From the NCBI GenBank assembly GCA_016931455.1, contig JAFGES010000125.1, forward strand, positions 2,561-66,560: a DNA stretch of 64,000 nucleotides. Reading direction: 5' to 3'. The position numbers and the translations under genes were made by a program. Below are positions 50,576 to 61,397 of the stretch, one piece after another (position 1 is the first letter of the stretch; each line of letters begins with the position of its first letter). This DNA comes from Desulfobacterales bacterium. Lineage in GTDB: Bacteria > Desulfobacterota > Desulfobacteria > Desulfobacterales > JAHDSC01. Below the pieces are notes generated by a model. The model was not told where the DNA came from. It made no database searches and saw only the letters and a list, made by a program, of their open reading frames with translations.

Positions 50576-53500
50576 CTATACCATCCGTTCGATTTCGTTG
50601 AGTTTGTGATCCAGCCGTTTTTTGGAAATCGGTATAGAGGTTTTAAGCTCCTGCGCAAACAGCGAAACTTTATATTCTTCGATTAACCAGAAGTATTCCT
50701 CGATTGCGTTTTTCTTTTCTGCGGACATTGACTCCGAAAGTTCATTTAAAAGCCGTTTTAGGTTTTCCGTATAAACTTTCAAACCGTTTGACTTGGCTCG
50801 ATCTTTTTCAAAATTTTCAAAACCTCTACAGCCTCGAATGGATATAGCTTTGATATAGCGTTCAAGATGAGTGAGTCGATCCGCATCATATAGATACATG
50901 AATGTTTGGGGGACAAGTTTGGAAAGTTCCATTCGCAACTCCTTCAAAAAATCCACCATATAAGGATTGTTTCGGTTGATCGTTTCCAGGTGGTAGAGGG
51001 TTGATCTTGATTCATGATACATTTCAAGAATCGGCATCACTCGGTCTAATTTTTCTTGCCCCTGTTTAAGAATATTAGGGGTTACAGATGCGGCATAAGC
51101 GTAAAATGCTTTTTCTGTTCGTATGTTTTGATAGAAAAGGTTTTTAACTACACTTTCATATAGATTTTTTTCAAACACATTTTTGCCGCCAAAATAATCA
51201 GCTCGATTTTCCATTTCTTTGGGAAGTACGAGATTTTTGCGCAAGAACTTTAAGTCTTTTGTAAAATAAAGGCTAAAAAGAAAGGCAACCCCTTGTTGAT
51301 GAGATTTTAGCGATTCATTACGGTTTTGAAAAAGGCGCAGGGCAACACATTTTTTATCGATTTCCAAACCCGGATAGACCATCCATTGGGCACCGTTTTT
51401 ACCGGCTAAACGAATTGTGTCGGGCAGATCACCAAAATTCCAAGTGGTAATATCGGTCTTCTCCCAATTTTTTCTGATCGCTTCAAATTCATCTGTTGAT
51501 TTTTGTTTGAATAAATCACGGCGAAGGACATTGGGATCTCTGCTGGAACAAATTTCTTCCCCCTTGGGATCAGTAATGGAAATCCGGATTTTAAGGTGTT
51601 CCGGCAGGTCGTCAGATGACCAGGCCGGAGCCGGAATATCGATCCCAAACCGTTTATAGATGAATTTGCCGAGCTGACTGATCAGCGATCTTTCCTCTCG
51701 TGGCATTTCATTGAGGATGATATCGACGGTAACCGAGATAGGAACGAGTTTTTTACGGTATGTTTTGGGTAAACCTTTTAGAAGGCCGGTGATTTTTTCC
51801 CTTAAAAGTCCGGGTACGATCCAATCGGTAGATTCTATCGGAACCATTGCACCTAGCGTCGAAGGTACCTGAATCGTCACGCCGTCTTCTTTTTGGCCGG
51901 GATTAAAACTGTAGGTACAGGGAAAACTTTTGTTTCCCAGTGTAATCTCGTTGGGATAAAGCATCAGCTCTTTTTCATCCGGACGGTACAGAAGGAGATC
52001 CGCTTTTTTCATTTTTAAAAACGTGTCATTGCCCTTTTTTTTCAACAAATTCTGCAGGGATCGGATGTCGTAGATTCCAGGCAGCTGTTTCTTGTAGAAC
52101 TGAAACATGTCCTGCTCGGCGATTAGAAGATCTCGGCGCCTGATTTTATCCTCTATTTGCTTGACTTCATTGATAATATTTTGATTGTAATGCATAAATG
52201 GAAAAGGTTTTTTGATATCTTCTTCAATCAGGGCTGATCGAATAAAAATATCAGAGGCTTCTTCCGGATTAATCCGGCCATACGACACCTTTCTCTGCGG
52301 CACGATGATTAAACCATATAAGCTGACCTGTTCGTCGGCAATGACTTGCCCTTGATTTTTTTCCCAGTGCGGATGTAGGTAGCTGTAGCGGCATTGGGAT
52401 TTTCCCAGCGCTTCCAGCCAGCTGTTGTCGATATTGGCCGCGGTACGAGCAAAAAGTCTTGATGTCTCTACCATTTCAGCGGCTACGATCCAGGTTTTTG
52501 CCTGGTTGAACAGATTGGAGCCCGGAAAAATCATGACCTCTTTGTCTTTGGCGGCTTTAAAAATATTATTTTCTTTTTTTACGGCAATATTGGAGATGAA
52601 CCCACTAAGGATTGATTTATGAATAGCGGTATAAAGGGGGCTGAATACTTCTAATTTTGTGGTTTTAGGCTCGCTGGTATCCAGGCTTTTCTTTTGATTC
52701 TTTAAACCGTATTCTTTTAATATATCGATAACTTGTGCATGAATGTCACGCCACTCTCTCATCCGCCTAAATGAAAGATAATGTTGCTTACAGAATTTTT
52801 TCATTTTGCCGCTGCTTTTTTTTTCATGCCGGCTGTTGTGATATCTATTCCAGATATTGAGCAGCGTAATAAAATCAGATGAAGGGTCGGCAAAGACGGC
52901 ATGCATACGGTCGGCTTCTTCGCTTTTTTCAACCGGCCGCTCTCGCGGGTCTTGAAGACTTAAAACTGATGCGATCACGGCAATTTCTTTAATGCAGTCT
53001 TCTGTTTGGGCTTCGATAAGCATGCGAGAGAGCCTGGGATCCATCGGTATTTTTGCCATCAGTTTTCCCTTTTGCGTGAGACGGAAACGATTAGGGTTCT
53101 TTGAGGCCTGTTTGTTCTCCGCAGGAATGATTGCTTCGAGTTCGATGAGAAGATCGAAAGCATCCTTTGTATTTTTTTGCGCCGGTCTGTCGATAAAAGG
53201 AAAATCGGATATATCGCCGAGCTTCAGAGAGATCATTCTTAGAATAACTTCCGATAAATTGGCCCTCAATATTTCCGGCTGGGTAAAAAGCGGGCGGGAA
53301 AAAAAATCCTCTTCAGAAAATAAGCGGATACAAACACCATTTTCGACGCGTCCGCAGCGACCTTTTCTTTGATCGGCACTGCTCCTTGAGATAGGCAAAA
53401 TCGGCAAGGCGGTTGTCCGAGATCTGGGGTTGTACTGCGAGATTCTTGCCAAGCCGGTATCGATGACGTATTTAATGCCCGGGATGGTGATTGACGTTTC

Positions 53501-54439
53501 GGCAATGTTGGTGGCAACGATGATTTTTTTTGCAATGCTGCGGGCAAAGACCTTTGACTGTTGAGAAGCGGAAAGCCGTGCAAATAGAGGCAGAACCGTA
53601 ACACCGGCATAATCTCGACTCTCGATGAGTTCACAGGTCTCACGGATATCTTGCTCGGTGGGCATAAAAACCAGAATATCGCCGGACAGTCTTTTGCGCA
53701 ACAGATCGTCAATCGCACGGATCGTCATTTCAATATAGCTTTGTTCACCTTTTTCATCCGGTACGGTTTCGACGGGAAGATACCGAACGTTTACCGGATA
53801 CATGCGGCCGGAAACTTCAATGATGGGCGCATGGTCAAAAGCCTTTGAGAATTTTTTCGTGTCAATGGTTGCGGAAGTGATGATGAGTTTGAGATCTTTT
53901 CTTTTTTTGATAAGGGTTTTTAAAATTCCCAGTATAAAATCAATATTCAGGCTTCTTTCATGGGCTTCATCCACGATCAGGGTATCGTATTGGTTCAGAT
54001 ACGGATCACTTTGGGTTTCGGCCAGCAGAATGCCGTCGGTCATGATTTTAATAAATGCGTCCGGGTGCGTCTTTTCTTTAAACCGGATCTTGTAACCGAC
54101 CGATTTGCCGGGTTCTTCTCCAAGTTCTTCGGCGATACGGTTGGCTACGGTTACGGCGGCAATTCTTCTTGGTTGGGTGCAGCCGATGAGGCCGTCAATT
54201 CCCCGACCGGCCGCCAGAGAAAATTTTGGGATTTGGGTGGTTTTTCCGGAACCGGTTTCACCGGAGATGATTACCACCGGATTGTTTTTGATGGCCGTAA
54301 TAATTTCATCTTTTTTAGCGGTGATGGGTAGGTCCGGGTTATCCGCCCATGTAGGCTTATTTCTTTGCCGTAATGATGCTTTATTGATAGTATTGATGAT
54401 ATTTTTAGATCGAATCAAATTTTTATCAGGGACAATCAC
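50576..54439 (-). CDS. hrpA: ATP-dependent RNA helicase HrpA (DEAH-box)
   Basis: GETGSGKTTQ, DEAHERS, SAT, TNIAETSITI and QRKGRCGR; 1287 aa. Apparent GTG start. Confidence 0.92.
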   Translation of the reverse strand: MIVPDKNLIRSKNIINTINKASLRQRNKPTWADNPDLPITAKKDEIITAIKNNPVVIISGETGSGKTTQIPKFSLAAGRGIDGLIGCTQPRRIAAVTVANRIAEELGEEPGKSVGYKIRFKEKTHPDAFIKIMTDGILLAETQSDPYLNQYDTLIVDEAHERSLNIDFILGILKTLIKKRKDLKLIITSATIDTKKFSKAFDHAPIIEVSGRMYPVNVRYLPVETVPDEKGEQSYIEMTIRAIDDLLRKRLSGDILVFMPTEQDIRETCELIESRDYAGVTVLPLFARLSASQQSKVFARSIAKKIIVATNIAETSITIPGIKYVIDTGLARISQYNPRSRTTALPILPISRSSADQRKGRCGRVENGVCIRLFSEEDFFSRPLFTQPEILRANLSEVILRMISLKLGDISDFPFIDRPAQKNTKDAFDLLIELEAIIPAENKQASKNPNRFRLTQKGKLMAKIPMDPRLSRMLIEAQTEDCIKEIAVIASVLSLQDPRERPVEKSEEADRMHAVFADPSSDFITLLNIWNRYHNSRHEKKSSGKMKKFCKQHYLSFRRMREWRDIHAQVIDILKEYGLKNQKKSLDTSEPKTTKLEVFSPLYTAIHKSILSGFISNIAVKKENNIFKAAKDKEVMIFPGSNLFNQAKTWIVAAEMVETSRLFARTAANIDNSWLEALGKSQCRYSYLHPHWEKNQGQVIADEQVSLYGLIIVPQRKVSYGRINPEEASDIFIRSALIEEDIKKPFPFMHYNQNIINEVKQIEDKIRRRDLLIAEQDMFQFYKKQLPGIYDIRSLQNLLKKKGNDTFLKMKKADLLLYRPDEKELMLYPNEITLGNKSFPCTYSFNPGQKEDGVTIQVPSTLGAMVPIESTDWIVPGLLREKITGLLKGLPKTYRKKLVPISVTVDIILNEMPREERSLISQLGKFIYKRFGIDIPAPAWSSDDLPEHLKIRISITDPKGEEICSSRDPNVLRRDLFKQKSTDEFEAIRKNWEKTDITTWNFGDLPDTIRLAGKNGAQWMVYPGLEIDKKCVALRLFQNRNESLKSHQQGVAFLFSLYFTKDLKFLRKNLVLPKEMENRADYFGGKNVFEKNLYESVVKNLFYQNIRTEKAFYAYAASVTPNILKQGQEKLDRVMPILEMYHESRSTLYHLETINRNNPYMVDFLKELRMELSKLVPQTFMYLYDADRLTHLERYIKAISIRGCRGFENFEKDRAKSNGLKVYTENLKRLLNELSESMSAEKKNAIEEYFWLIEEYKVSLFAQELKTSIPISKKRLDHKLNEIERMV

Positions 54440-54664
54440 GTTGGGTTCAATAAATATTTTTTTTGATACACAGGGCTCGGCAACGGGGCTTTATCGAGGT
54501 ATTCGCATATTCCGATACACATATGAGGGAAAAACATTTGCAGATGGAAAATAGTTCATGTAAGGAACAAGGTATCCTGTTTTAAACCAAAATTAAAAAC
54601 AACAGTTTATATATAGGCACTTAAACATAAAAATCAAGAGTAATATTGCAAAAAGGGGAGCGGA

Positions 54665-55081
54665 ATGAAAAGCTATCGTAAAGAATTGTGGTTTCAAGTG
54701 CCTTCGCGGCGTGCGTTTGTCAATATTACACCTCAAATTGAGGATTGTTTACAGAAAAGTGGTATTCAGGAGGGATTGGTGCTGGTAAATGCGATGCATA
54801 TCACGGCCTCTGTTTTTATCAATGATGATGAATCGGGATTGCATCAGGATTTTGATCTATGGCTTGAAAAGCTGGCCCCGCATGAACCGGTATCGAACTA
54901 TCGTCACAATGTGGGCGAGGATAATGCCGATGCCCACATGAAGCGACAGATCATGGGACGAGAAGTGGTCGTTGCCGTGACGGATGGAAAACTTGATTTT
55001 GGAACCTGGGAACAGATATTTTACGGAGAATTTGACGGCAGAAGGCGTAAAAGAGTGTTGGTGAAGATTATTGGGGAATAG
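54665..55081 (+). CDS. yjbQ: YjbQ/UPF0047 family protein (secondary thiamin-phosphate synthase type)
   Basis: [15 protein letters not shown]...[13 protein letters not shown]...[19 protein letters not shown]. Confidence 0.85.
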   Translation: MKSYRKELWFQVPSRRAFVNITPQIEDCLQKSGIQEGLVLVNAMHITASVFINDDESGLHQDFDLWLEKLAPHEPVSNYRHNVGEDNADAHMKRQIMGREVVVAVTDGKLDFGTWEQIFYGEFDGRRRKRVLVKIIGE

Positions 55082-55574
55082 CGCCGGATGATTTATTAGC
55101 CTCGATAAGGTTTTCGATTTTTTTTGATTCAGGAATTTTAAATTCCGTTTGTCTTTTTTTCAGCACGGTCAGATAATAAAAATAGACACCGCAAATGCTT
55201 CCGAGAATATCGGCCGAAAGATCCAATAGATCCGCATCCCTGGATGGAACATAATATTGGTGAATTTCATCACTGAGTCCATATAGCGAAGAAGAAAGAA
55301 TACCAAATAAAATCAGCAGATGGATACGATTTCTAATCGGAAGTGTTATGAAGGCTCTAAAGAATAAAATTCCCAAAATGAAATAAGCTGCAAAATGAAG
55401 CAGCTTGTCGATGTGGGGAATGTGAGGAATACTTCCGGGCGCTGGATGGGAAGATTGAAAATAAATCAAAAAGCAGAATACAAGCAGAGGCAGCCAGTAA
55501 AATAAGAAAACCTTATATTTTTTTGTCATCGATTGTCGATCCGGATTTAAATGGATTTTTCCGACTTTGCACAT
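55068..55574 (-). CDS. VanZ-family membrane protein
   Basis: [13 protein letters not shown]...[25 protein letters not shown]. Its 3' end overlaps yjbQ by 14 nt (convergent). The start may be the internal Met at 55529. Confidence 0.75.
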   Translation of the reverse strand: MCKVGKIHLNPDRQSMTKKYKVFLFYWLPLLVFCFLIYFQSSHPAPGSIPHIPHIDKLLHFAAYFILGILFFRAFITLPIRNRIHLLILFGILSSSLYGLSDEIHQYYVPSRDADLLDLSADILGSICGVYFYYLTVLKKRQTEFKIPESKKIENLIEANKSSGAIPQ

Positions 55575-57485
55575 TTAGAATTCAAGCGGTTCCAGCTTTC
55601 TTTCTCGAATATGAGTCAGAACACGATTTAAAAACTCCTCATAGGCAAGGCCGAATTTCACCTTACCGTCCAACGTTCTGACGGAAAGCGTTTCGGATTC
55701 TTTTTCCTTTGCCCCGATTGTGAGGATTAGGGGAATCTTATTGATCTGGGCGTCTCGAATTTTTTTATTCAGGCTCTCGGTTCGGTGGTCGACTTCCGCT
55801 CGTATCGATAGGTTTTCGAGTTTCATTTTGACATCATTTGCATAGGGTAGTAAATCATCGTTGATCGGCAAGATAGCAGTCTGAATCGGGGCCAGCCATA
55901 AGGGAAATTTTCCTGCAAAGTGTTCGATAAGAATACCGAGAAAGCGCTCGATTGAACCGTAAACTACGCGATGAATCATGATCGGCCGGTGTTTTTCATT
56001 GTCTTTGCCGACATAAGTAAGATTAAATCTTTCCGGCAGTGCCATATCCAGTTGGACCGTTCCGCACTGCCAGGTTCGCCCCAGGGCATCCTTGATATGG
56101 ATATCGATTTTGGGCCCGTAGAAGGCACCGTCACCTTCGTTAATGCGATAGTCTTGGCCATATTTGTTTAGGGCCGATTTTAAACCGTCCGTGGCCATTT
56201 CCCACTGCTTTGTAGTTCCAATGGATTTCTCGGGACGGGTTGAAAGCTCCAGATGAAAACCAAGCCCAAACGTGCTGTAGACTCGATCAACAAGTTGCAG
56301 TACGCCTAGAATTTCATCTTCTATTTGTTCAGGGGTCATGAAAATGTGGGCATCATCCTGATGGAAAGCCCGGACCCTAAATAGGCCGGATAAGACACCG
56401 CTCAATTCATGTCGGTGGACGAGGCCTATTTCTGCGGCGCGAATCGGCAGATCTTTATATGAATGCGGTTTTATATCATACAGAAGCATTCCACCTGGGC
56501 AGTTCATGGGTTTGATCGCATATTCCGTTTCATCAATTACGGATGTATACATATTTTCACGATAGTTCTCCCAATGGCCGCTTCTTTCCCAGAGACTGCG
56601 ATTGAGCATAATGGGGGTTTTGGTCTCGACATAACCTGCGGCTCGGTGTTCAACCCGCCAGTAATCGATTAAAGCATTCCAGATATTGATTCCTTTGGCA
56701 TGAAAAAAAGGCATTCCAGGGGCTTCATCGTGGAAGCTGAAAAGGTCGAGCTCGGTGCCGATTTTTCGATGATTTCTTTTTTTGGCTTCTTCAAGAAAGT
56801 GAAGATATTGCTTAAGTTCTTTCTTATTAAAAAAAGCGGTTCCATAGATCCTCTGGAGTTGGGCTTTGGTCTGATCTGCACGCCAATAGGCGCCGGAGAC
56901 TTTCATCAGCTTGACGGCCTTGATAAAGCCGGTATGAGGCAGATGCGGCCCGCGGCATAAATCCGTAAAATCTCCCTGTTGGTAAAGTGAGATGGTCCCG
57001 TCTTCCAATTCTGAAATTAATTCCAGCTTATAGGGCTCATTTCGGTAAAATTCCATTGCTTCGGCTTTTGAAACTATCCTACGTTCAAAAGGAGTTTTTG
57101 CCTGAATGATTTTTTTTATCTCGGCCTCTATTTGGGGGAAATCATCTTCTGAAATCGGCGGCATATCGATGTCATAATAGAAACCGTCTTCCACCACCGG
57201 TCCGATGGTCAGTTTTGCGTCCTTATAAAGATGTAAAATTGCCTCAGCCATGACATGCGCTGCACTGTGACGTAGAATTTTTAGAGCTTCATCGTCCTTG
57301 GTCGTAATCAGCCTGATACGGCTGTCCTGAGTAATGGGGGTATTTAAATCAACAATTTTGCTATCTAGTTCCAAGGCAACGCAATTGCCGGCCAGTGATT
57401 CCGAGAGGCTTTTGGCGACGTCTAGTCCCGTCGGAATATTTTCAAAACTCTTTATGCTTCCATCAGGAAGTGTTATGTTAACCAT
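55575..57485 (-). CDS. thrS: Threonine--tRNA ligase
   Basis: TGS N-terminus (ITLPDGS), RHSAAHVMA editing motif, class II core (FRVRAFHQDDAHIF), C-terminal anticodon-binding domain. Confidence 0.95.
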   Translation of the reverse strand: MVNITLPDGSIKSFENIPTGLDVAKSLSESLAGNCVALELDSKIVDLNTPITQDSRIRLITTKDDEALKILRHSAAHVMAEAILHLYKDAKLTIGPVVEDGFYYDIDMPPISEDDFPQIEAEIKKIIQAKTPFERRIVSKAEAMEFYRNEPYKLELISELEDGTISLYQQGDFTDLCRGPHLPHTGFIKAVKLMKVSGAYWRADQTKAQLQRIYGTAFFNKKELKQYLHFLEEAKKRNHRKIGTELDLFSFHDEAPGMPFFHAKGINIWNALIDYWRVEHRAAGYVETKTPIMLNRSLWERSGHWENYRENMYTSVIDETEYAIKPMNCPGGMLLYDIKPHSYKDLPIRAAEIGLVHRHELSGVLSGLFRVRAFHQDDAHIFMTPEQIEDEILGVLQLVDRVYSTFGLGFHLELSTRPEKSIGTTKQWEMATDGLKSALNKYGQDYRINEGDGAFYGPKIDIHIKDALGRTWQCGTVQLDMALPERFNLTYVGKDNEKHRPIMIHRVVYGSIERFLGILIEHFAGKFPLWLAPIQTAILPINDDLLPYANDVKMKLENLSIRAEVDHRTESLNKKIRDAQINKIPLILTIGAKEKESETLSVRTLDGKVKFGLAYEEFLNRVLTHIRERKLEPLEF

Positions 57486-57642
57486 TTCACAATCACCAAA
57501 TAATAACGGTTTTAATTTTGATCATTATGATCCATCAGTTAAAAAATCAAATATTTAGGCAAAACGATGTTGTGGGTCAAGAAAAAAATGAAAGCAGGGT
57601 TGCCCACTAACCTGAATTTCAGGTATAATAAAAAATAATATA

Positions 57643-58791
57643 ATGAAAAATCCGATTCCAAATAAGTATCCACTGGTTGAAACCTTATCAGGACTTGAAA
57701 AAATTGCAACCATTTTTGCCCAAGAAGAGGCGCTTGCCATTGATCTTGAAGCCGATTCCATGTATCATTTTCAAGAAAAGGTTTGTCTACTTCAGATGGC
57801 CTCGCATAAAACATGTACTCTGATTGACCCTTTACAAGTGGGAGACTTATCGTCATTACACACTCTTTTTTTAAATCCTGCGATAAAAAAAATATTTCAC
57901 GGAGCGGACTACGATGTCCGTTCCCTTTTTAGAGATTTTAAACTGGAACTCAATAACCTCTTTGACACACAGCTGGCCTGTCGATTTTTAGGTGTCAGGG
58001 AAACCAGCCTGGAGGCGGTACTGCAGAAAAGATTCAATATTTCTCTTTATAAAAAATATCAAATGAAAGATTGGTCCAAGCGGCCGTTTACCGATGAAAT
58101 GCTGGCTTATGCAGCTATGGACGTGGTCTATCTCTTGCCGCTATCAGAGATTCTCATCGAAGAACTCAAAATAAAGCAGCGGCTTGCATGGGTTACTGAA
58201 GAGTGTCGATATCTGAGTAAAGTGAGACCGGTTCCATCCAATTCGAATCCTCTATATCTTAAGTTCAGAGGTGCGGGTCGGCTAAATCCGAGAGCCCTTG
58301 CCGTACTTGAAGCTTTGCTTCAACAGCGACGGCAATTCGCCCAAAAAAAAGATAAGCCCTTATTTAAAGTATGCAGCAATGCTTCTTTATTGAAAATTGC
58401 GGCATCCATGCCGGTTTCCTTAAAACATTTGGAGCGTATAGATGCCCTCAGTCAGATACAGGTTCACATGTATGGTAATGCAATGGTTAATGCTGTCAGA
58501 AATGCTTTAAAGACACCCTGTGAAGATCTGCCGATTTACCCACACAAAAAGATGCCTATTCCGGAGTCTGCCGTTCGCGAGAGAATAAAAGCGTTGAAAT
58601 GCTGGCGCGATGATAGAGCTGAGGCGCTTGAAATAGAGGCTGGACTGCTTTGCAATAATGCGCTGATCAGTGATATTGCGATTCGCAATCCGGAGCATCC
58701 GCAGGATCTGAAGACAATTGAAAATATGAAAAACTGGCAACGGGACACATTCGGCAAGGAAATCTTACAAGTTTTGAGGAAATGCAAATGA
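57643..58791 (+). CDS. rnd: Ribonuclease D (DEDD 3'-5' exonuclease plus HRDC domain)
   Basis: AIDLEADS, HGADYDV and YAAMDV exonuclease motifs with a downstream HRDC-like region. Confidence 0.85.
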   Translation: MKNPIPNKYPLVETLSGLEKIATIFAQEEALAIDLEADSMYHFQEKVCLLQMASHKTCTLIDPLQVGDLSSLHTLFLNPAIKKIFHGADYDVRSLFRDFKLELNNLFDTQLACRFLGVRETSLEAVLQKRFNISLYKKYQMKDWSKRPFTDEMLAYAAMDVVYLLPLSEILIEELKIKQRLAWVTEECRYLSKVRPVPSNSNPLYLKFRGAGRLNPRALAVLEALLQQRRQFAQKKDKPLFKVCSNASLLKIAASMPVSLKHLERIDALSQIQVHMYGNAMVNAVRNALKTPCEDLPIYPHKKMPIPESAVRERIKALKCWRDDRAEALEIEAGLLCNNALISDIAIRNPEHPQDLKTIENMKNWQRDTFGKEILQVLRKCK

Positions 58792-59390
58792 AAAAAATTA
58801 TCTTTCATTCCGAGGGCTATGAATTAGAAGGTTTGCATGAAGAAGGCTATGATGAGGAAAAAGGTGTCGTGATCACACACCCGCATCCGCTCTATGGCGG
58901 TGATATGTATAATATTGTGGTGGAGACAATTTCCGATGCCTATCATCGTAAAGGATATACCACCTTGAGGCCTAACTTCAGGGGGGTGGGAAAAAGTCAA
59001 GGATGCTATGATAATGGCGTCGGTGAACAAAAGGATGTCCTTTCCGCCTTGAGGTTCCTTTTCGAAATGGGGATTGGCACACTTGATTTGGTCGGCTATT
59101 CTTTTGGTGCATGGGTCAATGCACATATATCCATTAAAGACGTTCCCTTACAAAAGATGCTCATGGTATCGCCACCTGTTGCATTTATGGATTTTCAGAA
59201 TATCGGGTGCATTGATTTTCTAAAACTCGTTGTGACCGGTGGTCGCGATGAAATTGCATCGCCGGCAATGATAAGAAAATCACTGCCCCAGTGGAACCGG
59301 CAAGCTCTTGTCGAAGTGATTGAGGGCGCGAACCATTTTTATGAAGGATGTCTTGAAAATCTAAAGTCGATATTATCGAATCACCTCTGA
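58788..59390 (+). CDS. Alpha/beta-fold hydrolase
   Basis: GYSFGA nucleophile elbow. The ATG at 58788 overlaps the rnd stop (ATGA); an alternative ATG lies at 58782. Confidence 0.75.
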   Translation: MKKIIFHSEGYELEGLHEEGYDEEKGVVITHPHPLYGGDMYNIVVETISDAYHRKGYTTLRPNFRGVGKSQGCYDNGVGEQKDVLSALRFLFEMGIGTLDLVGYSFGAWVNAHISIKDVPLQKMLMVSPPVAFMDFQNIGCIDFLKLVVTGGRDEIASPAMIRKSLPQWNRQALVEVIEGANHFYEGCLENLKSILSNHL

Positions 59391-59585
59391 TCGGGTTGGT
59401 CAAATATTTCAGCATAGAGTCCGGATGGGCGACCTTCCGGGGTTTATAAGCTTGACACTGCCCCGGCTTTATCCTAAATATTTAATTTAAAAGCTAAGTG
59501 AAAACGTGTTTCATAGATAAGGTATCAAAATTGCCATATGCAGACCCAACGCATTTTCTGAATTTCTCATAATTAAGGAGGGATC

Positions 59586-60260
59586 ATGAAGACAAAGGGC
59601 CATTCAATTCAGCAGATTGTTGAGCATCAGGTGCAGAAGTGGCACAATAACCGGTTAAAGCAAAAAGATCCGGAAACCGATATGCCGGTGATAACTCTGT
59701 CCAGAGAACCGGGAAGTGGCGGCCGAATCATCGCTCAAAAAATTTCGGAAAAATTTGGACTTGATTTATTTTATCGAGAAATTATCCTTGAGATGGCTCA
59801 AAATCCTCATCTCAGTACCACCGTCATCGAAACTTTGGGTGAAGAAGAACTATTGGATTTGGATGATTGGGTTACATCGTTTATTTATGATCGACATCTA
59901 TGGCCGGAGCGATACCTTCAGGATCTAATCAAAATTATTGTGACCATCGGCAAGCATGGTCGGGCGGTCATCGTAGGCAGTGGAGCCAATCTCATCCTAC
60001 CGTCTGAAAATACGTTCAGGGTTAGAATCGTTGCCCCTCTGGATTTGAGATCAAAACAAATAGCCCGTCAGTTCAGTATACCGCGCGGAGAAGCGCAACG
60101 CCGTGCGATTAAGACGGAATCGAGCCGCAAGGCTTTTATCGAAAAGTATTTCAATGTTGATATCATAGATCCGGTTAACTATGATCTGGTGATCAATACG
60201 GAGACTATTAGTCTTGATAGGGCTGTAAAAATAATCTGTACTGCAATGGGAAAAGGATGA
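59586..60260 (+). CDS. Cytidylate-kinase-like (Cytidylate_kin2-type) family protein, copy 1
   Basis: ITLSREPGSGGRIIA degenerate P-loop; 224 aa; AAGGAGGG RBS. Confidence 0.75.
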   Translation: MKTKGHSIQQIVEHQVQKWHNNRLKQKDPETDMPVITLSREPGSGGRIIAQKISEKFGLDLFYREIILEMAQNPHLSTTVIETLGEEELLDLDDWVTSFIYDRHLWPERYLQDLIKIIVTIGKHGRAVIVGSGANLILPSENTFRVRIVAPLDLRSKQIARQFSIPRGEAQRRAIKTESSRKAFIEKYFNVDIIDPVNYDLVINTETISLDRAVKIICTAMGKG

Positions 60261-60452
60261 TATGACTGAGGGGGTAATTTTTTTAATTGCAGCTCACTTG
60301 ACATTTTAGATGTTTTATTTTAGAGCATAAAAAAATTTTAGTCCGAAAAAAAGAATTATTTTTAGAGTGCTCTATATCCATAGGTAGACACTGACTACTT
60401 TCCAAAAAGGTATATACAGACCCAATGCATTTTTGAGAATTAAGGAGGGATT

Positions 60453-61121
60453 ATGAAGACAAGGGGCCCATCGATTCAGCAGATGATTGAGCAGCAGGTG
60501 CAAAAGTGGCAGTTTGAGAGTAAAGAAAAAGAAAAGGAACCTGAAATCCCCGTAATAACCATTTCCAGAGAACCTGGCAGTGGAGGCCGTATTATAGCCA
60601 AGAAGGTTGCCGAAAGACTTGGCTTGGATCTATATTACCAGGAAGTTATCCATGAAATGGCTGAAAATGCTCAAGTGAGTGCAACACTGGTAGAAACGCT
60701 TGATGAAAAGGGACTTAACGTATTAGATGAATGGATAACTTCTCTAGTAGACAGCCGGCATTTATGGCCGGATCAGTACATGCAGCATCTTATGAAAGTC
60801 GTGGGAACCATCGGTAAACATGGTAAGGCTGTCATCGTAGGGCGTGGATCAAATTTTATTCTCCCGGAGGAGATCCGATTCAGGGTTCGAATTATAGCGC
60901 CTCTTGACGTTAGAGCAAAACATATTGCCCGTACGTATAGTATTTCGATTCAAGAGGCTGAGCGACGTGCCATCAAGACTGAATCAGGACGAAAAGCTTC
61001 TATAAGAAAATATTTCAATGCGGATATCACCGACCCCATTAATTACGATCTAGTGATAAATACAGGTACCATCAGTATTGACAAGGCGGTTGATACAATA
61101 TGTACTGCTATTGAAAAATAA
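60453..61121 (+). CDS. Cytidylate-kinase-like family protein, copy 2 (tandem paralogue)
   Basis: Collinear with copy 1 over its full length (roughly 60% identity by eye). The leader and RBS are also conserved. Confidence 0.75.
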   Translation: MKTRGPSIQQMIEQQVQKWQFESKEKEKEPEIPVITISREPGSGGRIIAKKVAERLGLDLYYQEVIHEMAENAQVSATLVETLDEKGLNVLDEWITSLVDSRHLWPDQYMQHLMKVVGTIGKHGKAVIVGRGSNFILPEEIRFRVRIIAPLDVRAKHIARTYSISIQEAERRAIKTESGRKASIRKYFNADITDPINYDLVINTGTISIDKAVDTICTAIEK

Positions 61122-61397
61122 AAATTTTCTATATTCGGATTTAATTGAATGCGTTGTCTATTTAATCAGATCCTTCGCCGGAGCAACGTATTTTGCAAAA
61201 AAAAGATGTATGATTCATTCAAACCATAGCGCCTATGCTGATCCTTTAGCATAGGCGCTGCGATCAGCAATTAAATTGATGCCGGCAATTTTTTATACAA
61301 ACCCTGTCACACTCCCTTCCTTAGGTCTAAATGTTTTCATTCGGCACCTGACTATAGGTTTATCAGCGTGATTTTAACAATTATGAGGTGATATTTA

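Noticed and set aside
57486-57642. Possible thrS regulatory leader (T-box or tRNA-mimic operator)
   Set aside because: I found only a promoter-like TTGACC-17-TAAATA and a short AU hairpin. There is no specifier or T-box sequence and no convincing anticodon-arm mimic.
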